Shown here: piece by piece, positions 19,392 through 29,387 of the stretch | How the letters are laid out: every line of letters begins with the position of its first letter | Position numbering within the stretch: position 1 is the stretch's first letter | From: Desulfomonilia bacterium | GTDB lineage: Bacteria; Desulfobacterota; Desulfomonilia; UBA1062 | Assembly (NCBI GenBank): GCA_036567785.1 | Contig: DATCTV010000027.1 | Coordinates: 97,384-161,383 of the forward strand | DNA length: 64,000 nt | Reading direction: 5' to 3' | Made by a program: the position numbers and the translations under genes | Notes under the pieces: model-generated | What the model was told of the DNA's origin: nothing | Database searches by the model: none | Seen by the model: only the letters and a program-made list of their open reading frames with translations

Positions 19392-21647
19392 ATGGAAAAC
19401 AGCGAAAGCCTCAACCTTGTCATCATGGCTGCGTTGAGTGAGGCCAAAAACCGAGGACATGAATATCTGACGCCGGAGCATCTCTTATATGCGATGCTTT
19501 TCTCACCCGAAGGCATCGAAATAATCGAAAACTGCGGCGGCGACATTGAAACGCTCAAGAAAAACCTCAACCGTCACTTCGATGAAAGAATCCCTAAAAT
19601 ATTTAACAGGGAACCTGTCATATCCGAACAGTTCCACAGTGTCATGGAGCGTACGTTCATTCACTCGGCATCCGCGCAGAAAGAAATCCTTGATATAGGC
19701 GATATAATCGTATCCCTGTTTGATGAAGAGGAATCATTTGCGTCGTATTATCTGTCAAGTCAGGGCATAACCCGGCTTGACATACTGAATTTTATATCCC
19801 ACGGGATATCTCTTCTTCCCGGCGGTACACAGGAAGAAGGCGCAAGCGAAGAAGCGGAAACCTCTGAAGAAAAAATGGAGGGTAAAGCCAAGAAAAGCTT
19901 CCTCGAGATGTTTACGACCGAACTTGTGGAAAAGGCGAAGCTTGGGGAAATGGATCCTCTCATAGGAAGGGAAGACATAATAGAGCGGACAGTGCAGGTT
20001 CTTTGCCGCAGGCTCAAGAACAACCCCATCCATGTGGGAGAACCAGGTGTCGGCAAAACTGCAATCACCGAAGGGCTTGCCCAGCGGATTGCGGAAGGCA
20101 GGGTTCCAAAACCTCTCGCTGGAGCAAAGATATATTCCCTCGATATGGGTGCGCTCTTGGCGGGCACAAGATACAGGGGCGATTTTGAAGAAAGGCTGAA
20201 AAGGGTGCTTGCAGAACTCAACAGCAGGGAGAATGTAATACTCTTTATTGATGAGATTCATACCATTGTCGGCGCAGGGGCGGTTTCCGGAGGTTCAATG
20301 GATGCGTCAAATATCCTGAAACCAGCGCTGGCACTGGGGAAGATGCGTTGCATAGGTTCCACGACGTTCGAGGAATACAGAAAACATTTTGACCGCGACC
20401 GGGCATTGTCCAGGCGATTTCAGAAGATCGACATCACCGAACCCAGCATTGAAGAAACCAGGACAATACTTGCCGGGCTGAAGGAACGATATGAAAAACA
20501 CCACGATGTTGTTTACAGTGATGAGGCGATCCTGGCGGCAGCCGAGCTTTCGGCAAAGTACATAAATGACCGCCACCTGCCCGACAAGGCGATAGACGTG
20601 ATAGACGAGGCGGGCGCATATGCGCGGATGAACAGGCCGGACGGCCTTTCAGGCGCAGTGACAATTACACGCGAGGCCATAGAGAAGGTAGTATCGAAAA
20701 TAGCCAGGATTCCGGAAAGAAGCGTTTCATCTACGGAGACCTTCAAACTCAAAAATCTGGAAGATGAACTCAAGTCGCAGATATTCGGCCAGGACAAGGC
20801 GATAGACACCGTCGTATCTGCCATCAAGCGCTCGCGTGCAGGATTCGGCTCCGCTGACAAGCCTGTGGCGAGCCTGCTCTTTGTCGGGCCCACGGGCGTC
20901 GGCAAGACCGAGCTTGCACGCCAGCTTGCTTCAAGCCTGGGCGTGTCACTGCATCGTTTCGATATGAGCGAATATCAGGAAAAGCATACGGTAGCCAGAC
21001 TGGTGGGCGCTCCTCCCGGTTATGTCGGCTATGAAGAGGGCGGCCTCCTTACCGAAGCGATAAGGAAGACACCTTATGCCGTGCTTCTGCTGGACGAGAT
21101 TGAAAAGGCCCATCAGGACATCTTCAATACGCTTCTTCAGGTCATGGACTATGCCACGCTTACCGACAATGCAGGCAAGAAGGCGGATTTCAGAAATGTC
21201 ATCATTATAATGACATCAAATGCGGGGGCCAGGGAACTTGGCAAAAAACAGGTCGGTTTCACACATGATGAACCGCTCAGGACCGATGCCTTAACCGATG
21301 CGGTCAACAGGATATTCGCACCGGAATTCAGGAATCGTCTGGATGGTGTCGTTGTTTTCAACGGCCTAGATATAGGCATAACCGAGCAGATCGTCAGAAA
21401 GGAGATAGGCATTTTCGCCAGTCAGCTCCTCGAGAAAAAGGTAAACATTGAAGTCTCTGACGATGCATATCTGCACCTTGCGAAAAAAGGGTTTTCAACC
21501 GAATTCGGGGCCCGCCAGATTGCAAGGCTTATTCAGGATGAGATAAAGGCATTCTTTGTCGATAAGGTGCTGTTCGGCTCTCTTGCCGGAGGCGGCCGTG
21601 TCAGTATTGATGTAAAGGACAACCGCATTTTCATTAAAGTGCTTTGA
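19392..21647 (+). CDS. clpA: ATP-dependent Clp protease ATP-binding subunit ClpA
   Basis: Two AAA+ modules with Walker A motifs (GEPGVGKTAI and GPTGVGKTEL). The ClpA N-domain begins MENSESLNLVIMAALSEAKNRGHEYLTPEHLL. The ATG at 19392 lies 13 nt after the clpS stop. Confidence 0.9.
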   Translation: MENSESLNLVIMAALSEAKNRGHEYLTPEHLLYAMLFSPEGIEIIENCGGDIETLKKNLNRHFDERIPKIFNREPVISEQFHSVMERTFIHSASAQKEILDIGDIIVSLFDEEESFASYYLSSQGITRLDILNFISHGISLLPGGTQEEGASEEAETSEEKMEGKAKKSFLEMFTTELVEKAKLGEMDPLIGREDIIERTVQVLCRRLKNNPIHVGEPGVGKTAITEGLAQRIAEGRVPKPLAGAKIYSLDMGALLAGTRYRGDFEERLKRVLAELNSRENVILFIDEIHTIVGAGAVSGGSMDASNILKPALALGKMRCIGSTTFEEYRKHFDRDRALSRRFQKIDITEPSIEETRTILAGLKERYEKHHDVVYSDEAILAAAELSAKYINDRHLPDKAIDVIDEAGAYARMNRPDGLSGAVTITREAIEKVVSKIARIPERSVSSTETFKLKNLEDELKSQIFGQDKAIDTVVSAIKRSRAGFGSADKPVASLLFVGPTGVGKTELARQLASSLGVSLHRFDMSEYQEKHTVARLVGAPPGYVGYEEGGLLTEAIRKTPYAVLLLDEIEKAHQDIFNTLLQVMDYATLTDNAGKKADFRNVIIIMTSNAGARELGKKQVGFTHDEPLRTDALTDAVNRIFAPEFRNRLDGVVVFNGLDIGITEQIVRKEIGIFASQLLEKKVNIEVSDDAYLHLAKKGFSTEFGARQIARLIQDEIKAFFVDKVLFGSLAGGGRVSIDVKDNRIFIKVL

Positions 21648-21651
21648 GATC

Positions 21652-22302
21652 ATGCCCATATTCCTGCTGAATGATGAACTTGTGTTTCCTGATGTGGAGT
21701 ATGCAACAGATGAAGGGATTGTTGCAATAGGCGGCGACTTGAGGCCCGAGAGACTTTTGCTGGGCTATGCTTCAGGGATATTTCCCTGGTATTCCAATGG
21801 TGAACCCATCATATGGTGGTCGCCCGACCCGCGTTTTGTGCTCTTTCCCTCGGAACTTAAGGTTTCCAGGTCAATGCGTAAGATCCTCAGGCAGCGCGTT
21901 TTCAGCATCACCTTCGACAAGGCATTCGAGCAGGTAATCGAGCACTGCAGAAGAATAAAAAGAAAAGGCCAGCGCGGCACCTGGATAACGCCTGAAATGC
22001 AGAAAGCCTATATCCGTCTTCATAAGATGGGCTTTGCGCATTCTGTCGAGGCATGGAAAGACGGGGAACTTGCCGGAGGCCTTTACGGTGTTTCCCTGGG
22101 AAAGGTTTTTTTCGGCGAGTCCATGTTTTCAAGGGTTAGCAATGCATCGAAGGCATGCCTTATTACACTGGTGGAGCATCTTTCAAAACAGGGAATCGAA
22201 CTGATTGATTCACAGGTGTACACCAGACATGTGGAAACACTCGGCGCTCGTGAAATTCCAAGAAGTGAATATCTTGCACTTCTTAAAAATCTTGTTGTTT
22301 GA
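21652..22302 (+). CDS. aat: Leucyl/phenylalanyl-tRNA--protein transferase
   Basis: GIFPWYSNGEPIIWWSPDPRFVLFP and the GGLYGVSLGKVFFGESMFS block. It lies 4 nt after the clpA stop. Confidence 0.9.
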   Translation: MPIFLLNDELVFPDVEYATDEGIVAIGGDLRPERLLLGYASGIFPWYSNGEPIIWWSPDPRFVLFPSELKVSRSMRKILRQRVFSITFDKAFEQVIEHCRRIKRKGQRGTWITPEMQKAYIRLHKMGFAHSVEAWKDGELAGGLYGVSLGKVFFGESMFSRVSNASKACLITLVEHLSKQGIELIDSQVYTRHVETLGAREIPRSEYLALLKNLVV

Positions 22303-22381
22303 AGAGCGTTTGTTTGCCGGCGGAAAGAAAGTAAACTATATTATCATTTCAAGTTATATCTTAGTTGTGTCGATTGATGTT

Positions 22382-22387
22382 TATAAT
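22382..22387 (+). promoter_or_regulatory. Possible -10 element (TATAAT) for ppk2
   Basis: Perfect TATAAT about 25 nt upstream of the ppk2 ribosome-binding site. Only a weak -35 is present. Confidence 0.25.
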
Positions 22388-22405
22388 AGATTGTTCTAAG
22401 GGAGG

Positions 22406-23335
22406 TTGAATCACATGGAGATAAAAGGTCCCAAAATAAAAAAGTATATGGAAGAGTTTATTGTCAAGCCGGGCAAAGATATTAAACTAAAAAAGTTCAA
22501 CACAGGCTGGGCGATAAAAGAGGAGCTCAAGAAATTCGACGACAGCGAGGCCAAGACCAAGGCCCAAGAGATACTGGAGAGGGACAAGGACAGGCTGGCA
22601 AAGGCTCAGGAGCTTCTTTATGCAGACAAGAGCTATGCATTGCTGATAGTTCTTCAAGGCATGGATACTGCAGGCAAGGACGGCGCCATCAGACATGTCA
22701 TGTCAGGAGTCAATCCGCAGGGCTGCTCGGTATCGGGGTTCAAGGTGCCTTCGTCGATGGAGCACTCGCATAATTTTCTATGGAGATATTCAAACTGCCT
22801 GCCGCAGCGCGGTATGATAGGCATTTTCAACCGTTCACACTATGAAGATGTCCTGGCGGTCAAGGTCCATCCTGACAGACTGGAAAAGCTTCCAAAAGAA
22901 CTCGTGAAGACGGAAAATGGTACATTCTGGGACTGGCGGTACAATGACATAAGAAATTTTGAAAAGCATCTGGTCAGAAATGGAACGGTTATCCTCAAAT
23001 TCTACCTTCACATTTCGAAAAAGGAACAGAAGAAAAGGCTAATGGAGAGGTTCAACAATAAGGATAAATACTGGAAGATTTCACCTTTCGATGTGGAGGA
23101 AAGGGCATACTGGAACGATTATGAAAAGGCCTACGAAGAAATGCTTGCCGCCACCAGCACTGATTATGCGCCGTGGTTTGTCATACCTTCCGATTACAAA
23201 TGGGCTGCCAGGGCGTTTATAGCCGAGGTGATAGTAACCGCCATCGAAGGGCTCAACCTCAAATATCCCGAAGTTACCAAAGAACAGATCGCCAGACTAA
23301 TGGAGGCTAAAAAGAAACTGGAAAGCGGAAAGTAA
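22406..23335 (+). CDS. ppk2: Polyphosphate kinase 2 family protein (PPK2; polyphosphate:nucleotide phosphotransferase)
   Basis: Walker-A-like LIVLQGMDTAGKDGAIRHV. Also WRYSNCLPQRGMIGIFNRSHYEDVL and the lid region YKWAARAFIAE. Size and blocks match PF03976. Confidence 0.85.
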   Translation: MNHMEIKGPKIKKYMEEFIVKPGKDIKLKKFNTGWAIKEELKKFDDSEAKTKAQEILERDKDRLAKAQELLYADKSYALLIVLQGMDTAGKDGAIRHVMSGVNPQGCSVSGFKVPSSMEHSHNFLWRYSNCLPQRGMIGIFNRSHYEDVLAVKVHPDRLEKLPKELVKTENGTFWDWRYNDIRNFEKHLVRNGTVILKFYLHISKKEQKKRLMERFNNKDKYWKISPFDVEERAYWNDYEKAYEEMLAATSTDYAPWFVIPSDYKWAARAFIAEVIVTAIEGLNLKYPEVTKEQIARLMEAKKKLESGK

Positions 23336-23382
23336 ACCGCCGGATATTGATTTATCATATATTCAAATACTCAACCAACCTT

Positions 23383-23514
23383 CTGCATTTTCTAGGCAAC
23401 CTGGGCATGAGCGCCCTTATCAGGATAATGGGACTCTTTACCCTGGCGATTGGCGTACAGTTTATACTGGACGGGGTATCAAAATTTTTTCCCGGCCTGA
23501 TGGGAACCATGTAG
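23383..23514 (+). pseudogene. MarC-family (UPF0056) membrane protein 3' remnant
   Basis: The frame reads ...NLLHFLGNLGMSALIRIMGLFTLAIGVQFILDGVSKFFPGLMGTM*, resembling the conserved MarC C-terminus (LG..G..V.TRIMGL.L.AIAVQ.I..G). No N-terminal 170 aa are present, and the frame runs open back into the ppk2 3' end. Confidence 0.4.
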
Positions 23515-23539
23515 AATACTGAACCGTAAGCGAAATATA

Positions 23540-23920
23540 TCAGGAGATAACCCCCGCTTCACGGAGGCGGCGTTCCTTCTCAAGTTTCTCAAGATAATCT
23601 CTGAGCTCTTTTTCTTTGAAGCGCTTCAGGAATTTAGGTGTCTGCATGTAATGAATGGTGCTGGCGAGGAATGAATCCAGAAGTGATTTTTTCACATCCT
23701 CGACAACGCTTTCATGCACGGCCGGACGTTCGATAAGCTTTGTCCTGACAATCTTCTCACCGAAGTACCTGCGCAGTTCCTCGTCGGCATTTTCGAGATG
23801 GCAGGTTGTTGTGATTTCCAGTTTGATAAACCAGAGGTCGCCGGAAAGGATTTTGCTTTTGTCCTTTATGCTCAAAACCAGACCGTTATCCAGAACGCGT
23901 TCTTTGGTGTCACAGTTCAT
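23540..23920 (-). CDS. Hypothetical protein (about 126 aa), overlapping the upstream FmdB-like gene by 8 nt
   Basis: ATG at 23920 (MNCDTKERV...) lies within the sequence ATGAACTGTGA, which contains the stop of the upstream gene. The charged C-terminal half is a coiled coil. The listed ORF start at 24088 would overlap the upstream gene by 179 nt and is unlikely. Confidence 0.4.
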   Translation of the reverse strand: MNCDTKERVLDNGLVLSIKDKSKILSGDLWFIKLEITTTCHLENADEELRRYFGEKIVRTKLIERPAVHESVVEDVKKSLLDSFLASTIHYMQTPKFLKRFKEKELRDYLEKLEKERRLREAGVIS

Positions 23921-24398
23921 ACAGGGTCTCATCCACTTTCGGTCTTCGTTTCTGCGATCTGATCCCTGCCGGGGATGTCTGCTGAAAGGGGTCTTCACCT
24001 TCAAAGATATCTCCCATTTCCTGCTCGATTGTTTCAGGATCTTCCCCGCGCTCAAGCCTGGACAGTGCCTCCTGGAATCCGGGACCAAGGTTCAGGCCTG
24101 CAGCATCGGAAAGCTTTCTGAGCAGATTTGCCGCTTGTTTCGGGTCGTCCTCATTTATGGAGCCTGCTTCGCGGCCGAGCATCGCCATTGCCTTTTCTAG
24201 ACGGCTTTCATCAATGTTCGGCATGCCGTCTTCGGACTCCTTTGCCTTTCCTGACGGGGTGTTGAAAAGTGAGATTTTTTTCTTGAGCTTTATTGTTTTG
24301 CATTCGGGGCATTCAGGAATCCGGTCGTTATTGATCCTTCGCGAAAAAAAATTATATACGGTGTTGCACCTTTCGCAATAGAACTCGTAAACAGGCAT
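23910..24398 (-). CDS. FmdB-family zinc-ribbon protein with long acidic disordered tail
   Basis: MPVYEFYCERCNTVYNFFSRRINNDRIPECPECKT is the FmdB CxxC-x15-CxxC ribbon. The ATG at 24398 is preferred over 24458. Confidence 0.65.
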   Translation of the reverse strand: MPVYEFYCERCNTVYNFFSRRINNDRIPECPECKTIKLKKKISLFNTPSGKAKESEDGMPNIDESRLEKAMAMLGREAGSINEDDPKQAANLLRKLSDAAGLNLGPGFQEALSRLERGEDPETIEQEMGDIFEGEDPFQQTSPAGIRSQKRRPKVDETLYEL

Positions 24399-24454
24399 TT
24401 TCAACCTCTCATGAATTCGCTGTTCAGTCTGAATAGTGTCTGCGAATAAATTTG

Positions 24455-25327
24455 TCAATCAGCTGAAATCATGCGCCATGTTCCGTTATCAAGGATTACC
24501 CGTGACGGCTTCCCTTGCATGGACGGGAGCTTCAATTCCGCATTGGAATAGTCCGGGTCATTGGGCAGTCTCACGCCGGCAGTCGATCCTTCGACGAAGC
24601 CTTCGGGTATTATTACCGGGATGTCTTTTGTAGATGCATTACTTAAAAGTTCCGAAACCGAGTTGAAAGATAAAAGCTCATTAAGGGTTATCATGGTCGG
24701 CGGCAGAAGCATGATTTCGCCCGCCATGTTTTTTTCAAGGGCATCGCAAGGCGTCAGCCAGGCGGCACTTGTAAGCTCTTCGTTGTCATGGACAGCAACC
24801 TGTCCATGAGGAAGCCTTGCAAGAAAAAACCATGTATCAAACCGTGTCTTCTGAAAAACGGGAGTGATCCAGTGTGCGAACGGGACAAGCGCTTCGGGCT
24901 TATAAACAATGCCTTCAATCTCAGCCAGTTCGACGAGAGTCATTTCCTTGGCATGTATGGCCTTACGGTATTTTCTGAAACGGCTTAAATCAGGCTCTTT
25001 TGAAAAATCAAGCGGCTCCCCCGAAACCTTTTGGGCGATAAGGATGAAGGCTTCTTCAAACAGTTCCCTGATTGCAGCGAAAAACAAGCCTGATGAAGCA
25101 TTCATATCCGGGTCCGGGTTATTAAGTATCTTCCGGGCTATTGCATCATCAAAACCGCCTGAAAAGTCTGCAAGCCCGGTATCGGAATCCGAGTCGTCAA
25201 CCGCACCTCCCGGGTAGACAGTTGCCTTTGCCATGAAGGAATCATGTGTACTCCTCTGCATAAGAAGGACTTCCACGGGGTCTCTTAATAGTATGACAGT
25301 GGATGCTTTTTTTGGCGGTTCATTCAT
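24455..25327 (-). CDS. NUDIX hydrolase
   Basis: Nudix box GGAVDDSDSD...AIRELFEEAF (Gx5Ex7REUxEE-like). 290 aa. Confidence 0.7.
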   Translation of the reverse strand: MNEPPKKASTVILLRDPVEVLLMQRSTHDSFMAKATVYPGGAVDDSDSDTGLADFSGGFDDAIARKILNNPDPDMNASSGLFFAAIRELFEEAFILIAQKVSGEPLDFSKEPDLSRFRKYRKAIHAKEMTLVELAEIEGIVYKPEALVPFAHWITPVFQKTRFDTWFFLARLPHGQVAVHDNEELTSAAWLTPCDALEKNMAGEIMLLPPTMITLNELLSFNSVSELLSNASTKDIPVIIPEGFVEGSTAGVRLPNDPDYSNAELKLPSMQGKPSRVILDNGTWRMISAD

Positions 25328-25330
25328 TGT

Positions 25331-25972
25331 TTATAATTCTCCCTCATGTTCCCTTACAAAGCGCTCAAAAAATTCTTTCATGAAGGCATGCCTGCCTTCC
25401 GCCATACGTCTGCCCTCTTTCGTGAGCATCTTCTCATGTATTTTTGAAAGCTTGACGACATATTCCCGGTAGCCCGTGTCGTCTTTTGTGTATGGAATCG
25501 TATCATAAGGGTCGGCATGCGGGTTATGGAGCATGGCGCCTATTTCACCGGCAAAGAGAAAATCCCTGGCGATTCCGACGGCGCCGATTGCATCAAGTTT
25601 GTCCGCATCGAACAGGACTTTTGCTTCGATTGTAGCGGGTTCATGGCTGTTCCTGTAGCGGTGACAGAGTACGGAGTGGATTATGTTGTCCTTTTTTTCT
25701 TTGGCTATATCATATTTATTGAGGATATCCTCTGCAATTGCAGCACCGACTTCAGCGTGGCAGACCTTGCCTTTCGCCATATCCTGTGCAGCTCTGCCGA
25801 TGTCATGAAGGAAAGCTGCAATTGCTAGAACCTCAAGGTCTGCATTCTCGATTTTCCCTATATGCATACAGAGTTTGTAGACTCGCTCGGTATGGTCCCA
25901 ATTATGACTGCGCTTGGCTTCTCTGAAAGCATTTTCACAATAATCGCGAATTTCGGCTATGATTTCTTTCAT
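25331..25972 (-). CDS. HD-domain phosphohydrolase
   Basis: H...HD motif (WDHTERV ... FLHDIGR ... DADKLD). 213 aa. Confidence 0.8.
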   Translation of the reverse strand: MKEIIAEIRDYCENAFREAKRSHNWDHTERVYKLCMHIGKIENADLEVLAIAAFLHDIGRAAQDMAKGKVCHAEVGAAIAEDILNKYDIAKEKKDNIIHSVLCHRYRNSHEPATIEAKVLFDADKLDAIGAVGIARDFLFAGEIGAMLHNPHADPYDTIPYTKDDTGYREYVVKLSKIHEKMLTKEGRRMAEGRHAFMKEFFERFVREHEGEL

Positions 25973-26028
25973 GTTTTTCCCGCTAACATATAAGCAACAT
26001 ATTATCTTCCAAAAATATTGTATGTCTT

Positions 26029-26340
26029 TTATTCCATTTTTCCATGTTTTTTCTTGTCCGGCACCTTATAATATTTTTCCACATCTTTATGAAACTTTGC
26101 CCCGATGGCTTCCCTGTAAATGATCAGCTCATGTTTCCTTGTCAGGGCTTCTTCCCTGACTTTGTTGAATCTGTCAATCAGTGCATCATATTCTTCTGTA
26201 TTTGATGCAGTCTTCATCTCATTTTCAATGCCGGCAAGTTCATTGAGCTTTTCTTCAAGACGGTATCCGGCAAAACCAAGGGTCCTGGCCTTTTCTTCGA
26301 GTATTTCCTTGTCAGTTTTCGAAACAGCGTCTTCCTTCAT
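26029..26340 (-). CDS. Hypothetical coiled-coil protein
   Basis: 103 aa, K/E-rich. No recognisable domain. Confidence 0.4.
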   Translation of the reverse strand: MKEDAVSKTDKEILEEKARTLGFAGYRLEEKLNELAGIENEMKTASNTEEYDALIDRFNKVREEALTRKHELIIYREAIGAKFHKDVEKYYKVPDKKKHGKME

Positions 26341-26474
26341 GCCTGAATTCTATCATGACTGCTCGTAGATGATAAGATATCAAGCTTATGATATGAATCC
26401 GGATGTTGTGTAATCTATATTGAGGTTTTAAAGACCGAAAACCTGCCATACCTGTTGCTGACCTTTATTCCCTT

Positions 26475-26506
26475 GACATGAAAACTATCCATATTATACG
26501 CATTCG
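26475..26506 (+). promoter_or_regulatory. Sigma70-like promoter candidate upstream of the trans-sulfuration gene
   Basis: TTGACA at 26475-26480, followed at 15-17 nt by TATTAT/TATACG-like -10 candidates. Confidence 0.3.
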
Positions 26507-26538
26507 GCTATTATTCCAGCGTTACCGGAGGATAAAAA

Positions 26539-27732
26539 ATGTGGAGAGATAAGGGTAAAACATTCGGTAAATTGTCAACACGGGCAGTTCATGCCGGAGA
26601 GGGAAGGCTTAAATATGCGGATTCCCTGACAACGCCGATTGTCCAGACTTCGACATTCACCTTCAAGGACAGCAAGGAAATACAGGCCTATACGAAAGAC
26701 AAAAAGGAAAGGTTCGAATACGGCAGATACGGCAATCCAACCGAGAAGATAGCTGAACAAAGACTTGCCGATTTGGAGGGCGCTGAAGACTGCGTCGTGT
26801 TCTCATCAGGCATGATGGCGATAACAACCACGATCCTTTCACTTGTACATACCGGAGACCACATCATAATGACTGACGACTGCTATAAGAAGACGCTTGA
26901 ATTCTGCAACAAGTATCTCAAGCGCTTCGGTGTGGAATGCACGATAGTTCCATTCGGTGATTATGAAATGCTGGAAAAAGCGATAAAGGCCAATACCAGA
27001 TTCATATTTTCGGAGTCGCCCACTAACCCGTATCTTAACGTGTTCGACCTTGAGAAATTCAGGGACATCTGCAAAAGGCGCAACCTGATTTCCATAATCG
27101 ACAGTACTTTCGCCACCCCCTACAATCAGAGACCTATAGAATTCGGAATCGATCTCGTTATTCAGAGCGCAACCAAATACCTTGCCGGACATAACGATAT
27201 ATTGGCAGGCGCGGTCCTCGGATCGAAAGAACAGCTAGATAAAATCCGGGCGCTGCACAAATCCATGGGAGGTCTCATCGATCCACACTGCTGCTATCTG
27301 CTGCTGAGGGGATTGAAGACGTTTCCTCTGAGAGTCAGGCAGCAGAATGAGAGCGCATTAAAAATCGCCGGGTTCCTTGAATCTCACAACAAGGTACAGA
27401 AGGTCTATTATCCATTTCTGCCCAGCCACAGGCATTATTCGATAGCCAAAGCGCAAATGACCGGCGGAGGTGGTGTGGTTTCCTTCGACATAAAAGGCGA
27501 TCTCGAAACGGCTAAACGCTTCATGGATGCCCTCGAAATGATTTACATAGCACCGAGTCTGGGCGGCGTGGAGACTCTTATCACTCATCCCGCCATAGTC
27601 AGCTATTATGACTATTCAAGGGAAGAACGGTATGAACTGGGCATAACCGACACCCTGTTCAGGCTTGCCGTGGGTATCGAAGATACTGACGATATTATAC
27701 GTGATCTTGATAATGCCCTTGGTAAATTGTAA
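26539..27732 (+). CDS. metB: Cys/Met-metabolism PLP-dependent enzyme (cystathionine gamma-synthase / O-acylhomoserine sulfhydrylase / beta-lyase family)
   Basis: LSTRAVHAGE...TPIVQTSTFTF N-terminal signature and the PLP-lysine region SATKYLAGHNDILAG. The exact reaction cannot be assigned. Confidence 0.8.
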   Translation: MWRDKGKTFGKLSTRAVHAGEGRLKYADSLTTPIVQTSTFTFKDSKEIQAYTKDKKERFEYGRYGNPTEKIAEQRLADLEGAEDCVVFSSGMMAITTTILSLVHTGDHIIMTDDCYKKTLEFCNKYLKRFGVECTIVPFGDYEMLEKAIKANTRFIFSESPTNPYLNVFDLEKFRDICKRRNLISIIDSTFATPYNQRPIEFGIDLVIQSATKYLAGHNDILAGAVLGSKEQLDKIRALHKSMGGLIDPHCCYLLLRGLKTFPLRVRQQNESALKIAGFLESHNKVQKVYYPFLPSHRHYSIAKAQMTGGGGVVSFDIKGDLETAKRFMDALEMIYIAPSLGGVETLITHPAIVSYYDYSREERYELGITDTLFRLAVGIEDTDDIIRDLDNALGKL

Positions 27733-27747
27733 AGCTTTGAAATAAAT

Positions 27748-27768
27748 ACTGCCCGCATAACGGGCAGT
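27748..27768 (+). terminator. GC-rich stem-loop after the trans-sulfuration gene (weak terminator candidate)
   Basis: ACTGCCCG-cataa-CGGGCAGT. The T-run is delayed (TTTTTTT near 27808). Confidence 0.3.
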
Positions 27769-27918
27769 CCATGCCTTATATGGGGGACTTCCTGCTCTTA
27801 TCCTACTTTTTTTAATTAAGCCTTACCTGGACGCTAAAAAACACTTTTATACATGGATATATTAATGTAATGATTTGCAGGATTCTCTTTTCTGTTACTT
27901 TAAACAAATTCAGAGGAG

Positions 27919-29322
27919 TTGGTTATGTCCAAGGCAAAAATGAGTACCCGTGATCTGATTACACTTATAATGCTGTTTGCAATGACAACGATTCTTTATG
28001 CAGACCAGAGCATCATGTCAGCAATACTTCCCGAACTTTCAAAGACCTTTAATGTTGATGAAAGCACGCTGGGTTACATTAATTTCGCTTTTGTGGTTGT
28101 CGGGGCTATCATGAGCCTGACTTTCGGTTATCTGGCGGACAAGCAATCTCGCAAAATGCTTTTCGTAACTGCAGTTCTGATTGGTGAAATTCCTTGCATC
28201 CTGACTGGAGTGGAATTTGTTACACCGGATATTTATTGGTTTGCCGGTTTGAGAATCCTTTCCGGAATCGGACTGGGGGCATTGTTCCCGATTACACATT
28301 CAGTCCTGGCTGATTATTTCACCGAAGAACACAGGGCATTTGCCGCTGCCTGGATGGGAGCCGCTTGGGGTATTGGAAGTGCCCTTGGAGTAATGGTTGC
28401 CGGTTATCTGACAAATGTGAATCTGTTCGGTCTGGGTTGGCGAATTGCATTTATTATAATCGGTGTTCCCAATATACCTATTGTTCTTGCTTTCTGGGCG
28501 TATGCGAAGGAACCTGAACGGGGAAGATCAGAGGAAGCCCTGGAAGAACTCATTCAAGAAGGTGTGGTATATAAACAAACCATTAATATGCAGGACTTTA
28601 AGGTCATTGCCGCAAACAAGACAAATCTATATACCATGATACAGGGAATCCCCGGATCTTTGCCATGGGGTGTTTTCGGATTTTTTCTTATCACATACCT
28701 GAGAACCGTCAGGGGAGTTTCACTGGAAATGGCTACAACCATCTTTTTCATTCTTGGACTAGGGTCCACAATAGGAGGAGTATTCTGGGCCTATATCGGA
28801 GACAGATTATATAAGAAAGACCCGAGGTATATGCCTATGCTTTGTGGTGTGGTAGTGCTTATCGGAATAATTCCAACGGCTTTGATATTGAATATAACGA
28901 TGAACAACACCATTTACATGGTTTTCGGATTCATAACAGGATTTATAGTATCAGTGGCTGCTGCAAACTATAAAGCCATTCTTATGAATGTAAACAAACC
29001 GGAGAACAGGGGAAGCGTTTTTGCAGTTTCGAACATTGTTGCAGACAATATAGGAGCTGGCGTCGGAACACTGGTTGGATCACTGCTGATTTCCAAAGGT
29101 TTTGAGTCAATGATGAATTCAGCTACATTACGCATAAATGATATTCTGAATATTCAACTGGTCTATAACGCTAAACAGTTCATGATGAATTTTGCAATTG
29201 CATGGTGGATTCCCTGCGGAATACTTTTCCTTATGGCCGCAAAATATATAACCAAGGACAGGGACGCGCTTCAGTCATATCTTGCGGAACAGGCAAAGAT
29301 AATGGAAAAGGAAACGGCCTGA
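27919..29322 (+). CDS. MFS transporter (Spinster-like), paralog 1
   Basis: 12-TM MFS. GYLADKQSRKMLF motif. 60-70% identical to the next gene across most of its length. Confidence 0.8.
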   Translation: MVMSKAKMSTRDLITLIMLFAMTTILYADQSIMSAILPELSKTFNVDESTLGYINFAFVVVGAIMSLTFGYLADKQSRKMLFVTAVLIGEIPCILTGVEFVTPDIYWFAGLRILSGIGLGALFPITHSVLADYFTEEHRAFAAAWMGAAWGIGSALGVMVAGYLTNVNLFGLGWRIAFIIIGVPNIPIVLAFWAYAKEPERGRSEEALEELIQEGVVYKQTINMQDFKVIAANKTNLYTMIQGIPGSLPWGVFGFFLITYLRTVRGVSLEMATTIFFILGLGSTIGGVFWAYIGDRLYKKDPRYMPMLCGVVVLIGIIPTALILNITMNNTIYMVFGFITGFIVSVAAANYKAILMNVNKPENRGSVFAVSNIVADNIGAGVGTLVGSLLISKGFESMMNSATLRINDILNIQLVYNAKQFMMNFAIAWWIPCGILFLMAAKYITKDRDALQSYLAEQAKIMEKETA

Positions 29323-29387
29323 GAAGTATGGCAGACACTGAATAATGAATTATATTATTTCTTGATGAGAAATAAGAGGAGATTGCG

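Noticed and set aside
19755-20261. 168-aa and 153-aa minus-strand ORFs
   Set aside because: Antisense shadows of clpA.
23655-24200. 181-aa plus-strand ORF
   Set aside because: Ser/Leu/Arg-rich low-complexity translation, antisense to the FmdB and hypothetical gene pair.
26341-26538. SAM (S-box) riboswitch expected upstream of a trans-sulfuration gene
   Set aside because: None of the conserved S-box blocks can be seen by eye. Only a promoter-like TTGACA/TATA pair is present, so an Infernal scan would be needed to be sure.
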